DNA of 64,000 nucleotides from Methyloligellaceae bacterium (GTDB lineage Bacteria; Pseudomonadota; Alphaproteobacteria; Rhizobiales; CBDHHC01): NCBI GenBank assembly GCA_965263345.1, contig CBDHHC010000005.1, positions 79,134 to 143,133 of the forward strand, read 5' to 3'. Shown piece by piece: positions 56,848 to 64,000 of this stretch (position 1 is its first letter; each line of letters starts with the position of its first letter). The notes under the pieces were generated by a model. It saw only the letters and a program-made list of their open reading frames with translations, ran no database searches and was not told where the DNA came from. The position numbers and the translations under genes were made by a program.

Positions 56848-58506
56848 CTAGATTGGTACCGCGACAGAGCGGCTTTTTTGCATTCTTAACCAGGTTGCAA
56901 CCATTAATCTTGTTACAATACATGCAGTAAATACTGAAGTTATAATTCCAATAGATAGTGTCACGGCAAACCCTTGAATTGGCCCTGAACCTAATAGGAA
57001 TAAAACAGCAGCAGCTATAAATGTTGTGATATTCGCATCTAATATCGTTCCAAAGGCTCGACTATATCCTGTATCAATTGCGGCTACAGTTGATTTTCCT
57101 GCCCGTAATTCTTCGCGAATTCTCTCAAAAATCAATACATTCGCATCGACAGCCATACCAATCGTCAAGACGATACCAGCTATACCAGGCAATGTCAGCG
57201 TTGCTTGCAACATGGACAAACAGCCAACAATTAGTATTAAATTTATCAATAGTGCTATGTTCGCAAAAACACCAAAGAGGCCATATGTGACAAGAATAAA
57301 GACTATCACACCAATAAGACCGATAATCCCTGCAATACTACCAGCAACAATTGAGTCTTGACCAAGGCTTGCACCAACGGTTCTTTCTTCAATGATTTGC
57401 AAAGTCGCTGATAAAGACCCTGACCTTAACAGAAGTGATAAATCAACAACTTCCTGCTGAGTAAATCTACCACTAATCTGGCCCTGACCTGTCAAAATTG
57501 GCGTTTGAATGACAGGAGCTGATATGACCTTTCTGTCACGTTTTTTTGTTGTCTGATCAATACCATTATCTAAGACGATTGCGAATGGGCGACCTACATT
57601 TTCTTGTGTAACCCTTGCAAACTTGCTTGCACCTCCAGTATTAAATCCAAAGGCGATGACAGGCTGTCTATCATTCTGGTCACGGTCAGGTCTAGCGTAA
57701 TCAAGCTCTGCTCCACTAACAATTACTCGCTTTTTAAGAAGGATTTGCCCTCCTCCATCAGCATTATCAACAAGTTCTGAGCCGATGGGAACTCCGTTTG
57801 ATAATGCCTCTTCAACAGATATTGATTGATCAACAAGCTGGAATGTCATTTTTGCTGGGTTACAACAAAGCTCTTTCAACTTTTTTGTATCTTCATAACC
57901 TGGAACTTGAAGAAGAATTCTGTTTTGTCCCTGACGTTGAATATTGGGCTCTGTCGTTCCCAAGGCATCCACTCTTCGTCTGATTGTTTCAATTGCTGAG
58001 TTAATCGCAGACGATAATCTTTGCTCTGTTGCAGCTTTTGTGGGATTAAGTTTTATTAGTCCATCACCTGCATCTACTATTTCCAAGTCAACATTTGTTG
58101 TGCCAGAAAATACTGATGTTTCGACGTTCTGTACCAACTCTCGTAATTTTGTAATCACGGCAGGAACATGCGCTGGATTTGTTATGCGAACTTCTACATG
58201 TCCATTGACGACGCGCGGCCGCTTACGGCGTATACGCTTGCCATCAACCCTGACGTCATTCACTTTTTTACGCACTTGGTCTCTTACTGTTTCGAGCCAA
58301 TCACCTAAAAGTTCATTTTTATTCATTTCTAGAAGGAAATGAGCTCCACCCTGCAAGTCCAGTCCAAGGTTCAATTGGTTTTTTGGAAGCCAACTTGGCA
58401 AGGTGTCTAGAGTTTGTTTGTTAATTAAATTAGGAGTGGCAAATATTAACCCTAGCGCAGAAATAAGTATAATTGCCCACGTTTGTATAGTTGAAAAGTG
58501 CAACAT
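56848..58506 (-). CDS. secD: Protein translocase subunit SecD
   Basis: 552 aa. LGLDLQGG, a large periplasmic domain, and a C-terminal RND-like 6-TM bundle (IAGIVLTIGMAVDANVLIFERIREE). Confidence 0.93.
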   Translation of the reverse strand: MLHFSTIQTWAIILISALGLIFATPNLINKQTLDTLPSWLPKNQLNLGLDLQGGAHFLLEMNKNELLGDWLETVRDQVRKKVNDVRVDGKRIRRKRPRVVNGHVEVRITNPAHVPAVITKLRELVQNVETSVFSGTTNVDLEIVDAGDGLIKLNPTKAATEQRLSSAINSAIETIRRRVDALGTTEPNIQRQGQNRILLQVPGYEDTKKLKELCCNPAKMTFQLVDQSISVEEALSNGVPIGSELVDNADGGGQILLKKRVIVSGAELDYARPDRDQNDRQPVIAFGFNTGGASKFARVTQENVGRPFAIVLDNGIDQTTKKRDRKVISAPVIQTPILTGQGQISGRFTQQEVVDLSLLLRSGSLSATLQIIEERTVGASLGQDSIVAGSIAGIIGLIGVIVFILVTYGLFGVFANIALLINLILIVGCLSMLQATLTLPGIAGIVLTIGMAVDANVLIFERIREELRAGKSTVAAIDTGYSRAFGTILDANITTFIAAAVLFLLGSGPIQGFAVTLSIGIITSVFTACIVTRLMVATWLRMQKSRSVAVPI

Positions 58507-58590
58507 TATCGGAAAATCTCCGGCACGAAAATCTTTGAAATTACTGTGTGATATATGATGTAGATGACACCATTTCTAGTCCACGACATA

Positions 58591-58926
58591 TTATTTGTCA
58601 TCTTTTACTGGCTCGCCCTTAGTTCTTACTTCGGCGATTGTATTGCGAACAACACGAATATTTACTCCATCTGAGATCTCAGCACGCACTTCATTGTCAT
58701 CTATAACTTTTGTGACTTTAGCGATCATTCCACCGGCTGTAACAATTGTGTCTCCACGGCGCAAAGCTGAAATCATTTCTTGGTGTTGTTTCATGCGCTG
58801 TTGTTGCGGACGTATCAATAGGAAATAAAAAATTACGAAGATAAGGATTAATGGAATAAATTGACCAATAATTCCTAAACCACCATCTGAGCCGGCTCCC
58901 TGAGCGAAGGCTGGAGTAATGAACAT
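58591..58926 (-). CDS. yajC: Preprotein translocase subunit YajC
   Basis: 111 aa with a single TM helix, then RPQQQRMKQHQEMISALRRGDTIVTAGGMIAKV. Confidence 0.92.
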   Translation of the reverse strand: MFITPAFAQGAGSDGGLGIIGQFIPLILIFVIFYFLLIRPQQQRMKQHQEMISALRRGDTIVTAGGMIAKVTKVIDDNEVRAEISDGVNIRVVRNTIAEVRTKGEPVKDDK

Positions 58927-59200
58927 GTGAATTCCCCTCTTTAATTATGGGATCAAGATCTGTTTTGTGAGGAAACTGTGTTCCGACAAAAGTTATATTA
59001 TTTTTTGCGCACTATAAGCACACATGCGTTCTTTGCAAGTATTCGCTCTTAAATTTAGGAAAAATAATTGGATTTCAGGATATAAGAGTGAATTTTTATA
59101 TGGGTAATGTATCAATACTGCCCATCTTGCAAGCTTAAAACGATAAAACATGATATAAAATCAATGCTTAAAGAATAATTCGAACTTTAGAAGGTTTTTC

Positions 59201-60073
59201 ATGTTTAATGAGAACAAATTAGAACAAATCCTTGAACGTATAGCGGTTGCTGTTGAAAAATTGTCTCCTGAATCAGATCAAGAACCTGACTTTACAGAAG
59301 CAAATGCTTTTGTCTGGCAACCCAAGCGGAAAAAATTATATCCCATTGATATTGTTAATGCACTTCCATTGGACCTTTTGAATTCTATTAAACCTATGAA
59401 AGATCAGTTATTAGCTAATACACTACGATTCGCTGAAGGATATGCTGCAAATAATGCTCTCTTGTGGGGGGCGAGAGGAATGGGGAAAAGTTCACTCGTG
59501 AAAGCCGTTCATTCTCATATTAATAAAAACCTAATTAAAAGTAGCGCCCCATTAAAACTTATTGAAATTCATAGAGAAGATATTGCAAGTTTGCCTCTTT
59601 GTCTTGATTATCTTAGAGCCGAACCGTTTCAATTTATCATTTTTTGTGATGATTTATCATTTGAAGAGGATGATGCATCTTATAAATCGCTGAAAGCTGT
59701 CCTGGAAGGTGGGATTCAGGGGAGACCAAGCAATGTTATTTTTTATGCCACTTCTAATAGAAGACATCTAATTCCTAGACATCTAAATGAAAATGAACCC
59801 AGCACAGAGATTAACTTCAATGATGTTATTAATGAAAAGGTCTCGCTGTCCGATCGATTTGGCTTATGGCTTGGCTTTCATAACTGCAGCCAAGCTGATT
59901 ATTTACAAATGGTAAAGACCTATGCGAACTATTTTAAGCTTGAAATCAATGATAGTTTTGAACCAAGAGCGCTAGAATGGTCTATGACAAGAGGTAGTCG
60001 GTCTGGGCGTGTTGCCTGGCAATTTATTCAGGATTTGGCAGGTGAACAAAAGAAAACTCTAAAAACAAATTAA
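59201..60073 (+). CDS. DUF815-family AAA-type ATP-binding protein
   Basis: 290 aa. P-loop LLWGARGMGKSSLVKA and Walker B FIIFCDDLSFE. Divergent from yajC, as in many alphaproteobacteria. Confidence 0.75.
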   Translation: MFNENKLEQILERIAVAVEKLSPESDQEPDFTEANAFVWQPKRKKLYPIDIVNALPLDLLNSIKPMKDQLLANTLRFAEGYAANNALLWGARGMGKSSLVKAVHSHINKNLIKSSAPLKLIEIHREDIASLPLCLDYLRAEPFQFIIFCDDLSFEEDDASYKSLKAVLEGGIQGRPSNVIFYATSNRRHLIPRHLNENEPSTEINFNDVINEKVSLSDRFGLWLGFHNCSQADYLQMVKTYANYFKLEINDSFEPRALEWSMTRGSRSGRVAWQFIQDLAGEQKKTLKTN

Positions 60074-60240
60074 ATTTGTGCTGTTCTTAAAACAATTCCT
60101 ATATAATCATTTCATCAGTATAAATACACTATTCTTTAGTAAATCATAATATAGAATACTCTTTAATTCTAACTAATACTACTTAGAGGAAGAATAAAAT
60201 TATCTATATTTAGGTAATATAGAGTTAAAGTGGAAAGCAT

Positions 60241-61902
60241 ATGGCTACAATCTTATGCATAGAAGATGAAGATTATCTCCTAGAAGACATCGCTGAGTTT
60301 ATAGAGATCTCAGGTCATGATGCGCTCAAGGCTATTGATGGGCAAATGGGCTTAGAGATGATCCTCAAACACAAACCTAATCTCGTGATTAGTGACGTCT
60401 CTATGCCTAAAAAAGATGGCAAACAAATGCTCATAGAATTGAGAAGCTCTTACCCAGAATTTAATGATACTCCGTTTATCTTCCTTTCTGCATTTTCTGA
60501 ACGCCAAAATATTTTGGAAGGTATGGATATTGGTGCAGATGATTATCTTACGAAACCTATTGACTATGACCTGCTTGAAAGAACCATAGCAGCGAGACTT
60601 CGACGCGTACATGGGGTTAAGAAAAAGAGTAATGAAGACCTTCTTCATCTTTATAAAGATCTAACTTGTGAACCTAATGATCAAGAAAAAAGGCCCCCCA
60701 TCTCTTCACAAATTACTTCCAAGAAACAGCTTGCCAATAGGCCTAAACCACAAGTTGCTAAGAACAGATCACGGAAAAAGAAAGTATATGGATCTGTTTT
60801 AGAGCTAAAAAATGCAGAGGTTATTGAGAAAAAAAGTACAAATGAAAAAGGTTTATTGACTTGGCTTGAAGATACTTCAAGACATTTATTAGATCAACTT
60901 TTTCCTGACAAAGGTACTGTTGCTAAATCTTCTAAAGGCAAGATAGTGGTTTGTTACAATGATTCAGACAAGGATATGACCACCAAGCGTACAGACAAAC
61001 TTGTTTCAAACGTGAATGAAAAACTCCACCAAGAAAAAATTCCGGATCTTAAAAAATCAAAAATACATTCTGAAAAAGACCTTAATGAATTAACTGTTGT
61101 GGCAGATAAATCATATGAAGCAGAAATTTCAGAAGAGGATGTCTCTCCTCCAGAACGCTTTGCAGCAAAAATACAAGAAGATTTAGATAACTTCGATGAG
61201 ACAAATTCAGCAAAATTACCATCTGAAATGATAGACTTATTATCAGAAAATGATGCTCAACTTGTTTTACTGAAGTTATGTGATCAAAACAAAAAAGCTC
61301 TTCCAATTCGGATATTTAATTTTGATGAGAACTCTCGAAAAATTATTAGCACCAGCTTCAAAAACTTTACCACATCAGAATTGCTTGAAGCTCAGTATAA
61401 ACTTGATGTGCTATTCTTAACTCTAATTGAGAAACACCTAAATAAACCAATAAAAAATAAAATGCTCATCATTGATGTTCATTGTGATACTTTACTTTCT
61501 GACATTTATCGCAAACTTTACCTTGCTCACCTCAAGGATTTTATGCGTATATCAAAAGATAAAATTATATTAAATTTGAGAAAAATCCCTCCTAAAACAC
61601 CTGTAGGCACATATAAAGAAATCACCAAATCATTTGCTAACATTACCAAGATTGTTATTGGCCAACTTGAACCAAGAGATTTAAATGATTTCATTAAAAG
61701 CCCTCTTCCTCTGGGAGGAATCATCTGTTCTTACCTAAATACACAATTTGGCGATTTAAATGCTGTGCTCTTAAAAAAAACTAGAGCAGCCCTTCCTAAT
61801 TCAAAAATTCCTTTGATTGTACGCGGTGTACAATCATATGAGGAAATACCTACCCTTCATAGATTAGGGTTTAACGGGTTTGGCATGAATCCTGATAGCT
61901 AA
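60241..61902 (+). CDS. Response regulator: receiver domain, Lys-rich linker, and a C-terminal domain that may be a degenerate EAL-like fold
   Basis: 553 aa. REC motifs: ILCIEDED, LVISDVSMPKKDG (phospho-acceptor Asp) and DDYLTKP. The C-terminal ~210 aa echo EAL strand order (IILNLRK, VIGQLEP, GGIICSY, IPLIVRGVQSYEE, LGFNGFGMNP) but lack the catalytic residues. Confidence 0.6.
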   Translation: MATILCIEDEDYLLEDIAEFIEISGHDALKAIDGQMGLEMILKHKPNLVISDVSMPKKDGKQMLIELRSSYPEFNDTPFIFLSAFSERQNILEGMDIGADDYLTKPIDYDLLERTIAARLRRVHGVKKKSNEDLLHLYKDLTCEPNDQEKRPPISSQITSKKQLANRPKPQVAKNRSRKKKVYGSVLELKNAEVIEKKSTNEKGLLTWLEDTSRHLLDQLFPDKGTVAKSSKGKIVVCYNDSDKDMTTKRTDKLVSNVNEKLHQEKIPDLKKSKIHSEKDLNELTVVADKSYEAEISEEDVSPPERFAAKIQEDLDNFDETNSAKLPSEMIDLLSENDAQLVLLKLCDQNKKALPIRIFNFDENSRKIISTSFKNFTTSELLEAQYKLDVLFLTLIEKHLNKPIKNKMLIIDVHCDTLLSDIYRKLYLAHLKDFMRISKDKIILNLRKIPPKTPVGTYKEITKSFANITKIVIGQLEPRDLNDFIKSPLPLGGIICSYLNTQFGDLNAVLLKKTRAALPNSKIPLIVRGVQSYEEIPTLHRLGFNGFGMNPDS

Positions 61903-61919
61903 TAAGTAAGTTTCGGCAT

Positions 61920-63749
61920 TTATGATTTTTCCATGACATAAGATCCTGGAGCATCTTCAATCGGAGTTAAATTACCTTTCTCCGGGTCTCGGGCTTCCAC
62001 TTTTTCTCCAGATTTTGCGGCAAGCCATTCTGCCCAGTCAGGCCACCAAGATCCCTCATGTTCTGAAGCTTCAACAAACCAGTCTTCTAATGTTGCTTCC
62101 CTTTTCCGATTTGTCCAATATTGATATTTTAGTTTATTTGGCGGGTTAATCACCCCTGCTATATGCCCGGATCCAGCTAAAACAAATTTCACAATTCCGC
62201 CGAACATTCTGGTTCCTCGGAAAACCGATTTCGCTGGAGCTATATGATCTTCTTTTGTTGCCAGTTGGTAAATTGGAATCTTGACTTTTGATAAATCAAG
62301 AAGGGTGTCATCAAATTTAAGTTGTTTTTGTGCCAGCTTATTATGGTTATAAAATTCACTTAAATAAAATGAATGGTTGCTGGCAGGCATGCGTGTTGAG
62401 TCTTGATTCCAGTATAGTAAGTCAAATGGGAATGGCTTTTTACCCAATAAATAGTTATTGATTACATAAGGCCATATTAAATCTCTGGGTCGCATAAAAT
62501 TGAAAACTGCAGACATGCGGGAGCCATCAAGAAATCCTTGTTCAGACATCATATCTTCTAGCGCTTTTAATTGTTTGTCATCAATAAATACGAGAAGATC
62601 TCCTGCTTTTGAAAAATCCACTTGTGTTGTTAGGAATGTTGCTGAATTCACAACATGTTTGTTTTGTGCAGCTAGATAAGCCAATCCAGATGCCAGTAAT
62701 GTTCCACCAACGCAATAGCCCAATGTATTAACTTGTCTAACGTTTAGCGCTTCCTGAATCTTTTCGAGAGCTGTGAACACCCCTTCTTTCATATAGTCTT
62801 CGAAACGTTTCTCAGCTAGTTTTTGATTTGGATTAACCCAGCTGATGGTAAATACAGTAAAGCCTTGATCTATGGCCCAAGAAATGAAAGACTTTTTAGG
62901 CACCAGATCGAGAATGTAAAATTTATTTATCCAAGGGGGCACGATCAGTAACGGGATATCATATACTTGTTCAGTTTTTGGCGCGTACTGAATTAGCTGA
63001 ATTATATCATTTTGGAAAACCACCTTACCTGGCGTTATAGCAAGGTTCTTACCTACTTCAAAAGCATCAATATCAGTTTGGCTTATCTTCAGTAAATCTT
63101 TTGACCTTTCGAGATCTTCTGAAAGCCTTTGCATACCATTTACAAGATTCTCTCCGTTGGTTTTTAAGGTCTCTCTGAGCACTTCAGGGTTTGTAACCAA
63201 GAAATTTGTCGGAGAAAAAGCAGCGCCAATAAGCTGTGTATAGAATTCAGCTCTCTGCTTGGTCCTCTCATCAATACCTTGAGATGTCTCCACCATCTCT
63301 TCAGCCCACTCAGATGTAATGAGATAAGCTTGTTTAAGAAAGTCAAAAAATGGATTTTTTTCCCATTCAGGGTCTTGGAACCGATTATCTCCCGGTTTAG
63401 GTGTTTTTAATGGATCGACATCCTGACCAAGCATTTTTTGGTATGATCGCCCCCATAATTCAGCATAATCACTCAGGAGCTTAGTTTGTGCTTCCGCAAA
63501 TTTCGTAGGATCATTTAGCCAGTATCTTGCCACATTACCCAAGGTTTCTGTTGCATTCTGGGCTTCATCAACCATACTATACGGGCCAGAAGCACCTCCA
63601 GTTTTTTCCATAAATTGTTCAAATGCAGTGGTACCTGAACTCAAGACCTTCAAGAGGTTTTGCGCAAGTATTTCAGGATCTTTAACACGATAACTGATTT
63701 GATCGGAGGTCTCATCTTCAGGAATCGTATTGTTATTTTCGTTTCCCAT
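61920..63749 (-). CDS. phaC: Class I poly(R)-hydroxyalkanoate synthase
   Basis: PhaC N-terminal domain and lipase box GYCVGG (NTLGYCVGGTLLA), with length ~600 aa. ATG 63749 (AGGA 8 nt upstream) is preferred to the TTG at 63794. Confidence 0.9.
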   Translation of the reverse strand: MGNENNNTIPEDETSDQISYRVKDPEILAQNLLKVLSSGTTAFEQFMEKTGGASGPYSMVDEAQNATETLGNVARYWLNDPTKFAEAQTKLLSDYAELWGRSYQKMLGQDVDPLKTPKPGDNRFQDPEWEKNPFFDFLKQAYLITSEWAEEMVETSQGIDERTKQRAEFYTQLIGAAFSPTNFLVTNPEVLRETLKTNGENLVNGMQRLSEDLERSKDLLKISQTDIDAFEVGKNLAITPGKVVFQNDIIQLIQYAPKTEQVYDIPLLIVPPWINKFYILDLVPKKSFISWAIDQGFTVFTISWVNPNQKLAEKRFEDYMKEGVFTALEKIQEALNVRQVNTLGYCVGGTLLASGLAYLAAQNKHVVNSATFLTTQVDFSKAGDLLVFIDDKQLKALEDMMSEQGFLDGSRMSAVFNFMRPRDLIWPYVINNYLLGKKPFPFDLLYWNQDSTRMPASNHSFYLSEFYNHNKLAQKQLKFDDTLLDLSKVKIPIYQLATKEDHIAPAKSVFRGTRMFGGIVKFVLAGSGHIAGVINPPNKLKYQYWTNRKREATLEDWFVEASEHEGSWWPDWAEWLAAKSGEKVEARDPEKGNLTPIEDAPGSYVMEKS

Positions 63750-64000
63750 GAATATGGTCCTAATAATTATTACGTTAACTTCTTTATACAACAAGAGATT
63801 CTATACAGAAAACCAAGAAATTTTATTCCTATTTTTAATTAATATGTGAATAATTCAACAACTTACTCACAGAGCTAGAAATTTTTCTCTCTATTTTTTT
63901 ATCTTAGCCTAATACTATAATGAAAAACATATAACTATTGGTGATTATTCTTTATATCTACATATTCGTTTAAGATCGTTTTCTGATTGGAAAGCTATAT

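Noticed and set aside
1122-64000. The remaining short ORFs in the track that overlap the called genes on the opposite strand or in other frames (for example 1947..2255, 8012..8245, 12596..12811, 26971..27237, 37007..37396, 57944..58342)
   Set aside because: Each lies inside a longer ORF with clear family motifs. None has recognisable domains or translation signals.

Overview
AT-rich chromosomal segment with alphaproteobacterial gene content and synteny: yajC-secD-secF followed by Mth938-like and phytoene-synthase-like genes, a DUF815 ATPase, and Lrp/PutR with putA. All family calls rest on motif-level reading of the supplied translations. No database search was possible.

Housekeeping genes: prfC, tRNA-Ser(UGA), tRNA-Leu(GAG), lipB, secDF-yajC and phaC.

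Metabolic blocks:
- An eight-gene minus-strand operon (3736-10525). It couples a NitT/TauT-type ABC importer to an ACAD-fold flavoprotein, an OsmC-like protein, a rhodanese and a DsbA-like protein.
- A phosphate-scavenging pair, Tat-PhoX and a 5'-nucleotidase.
- An amino-acid ABC importer with putA.

Most unusual loci:
1. A type I secretion locus (24519-33169). Its ABC component is a 1322-aa covalent fusion of two different half-transporters with non-canonical ATPase motifs. It sits opposite an RTX substrate gene built from about 2 kb of near-identical 27-bp (GGSGDDRIS) repeats that is frame-broken as sequenced.
2. A copper amine oxidase split into two separately exported genes, followed by a subtilase (18888-22849).
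3. A 2.8-kb mobilisable-element remnant (mobC-like gene, truncated relaxase, large serine recombinase). The recombinase ORF reads antisense through the whole tRNA-Leu.

Several gene remnants point to ongoing gene decay, sequencing error, or both: an IS110-like fragment, an MCP C-terminus, a 5'-truncated porin and a frameshifted binding protein. Unusually long AT-rich spacers fit the same picture.
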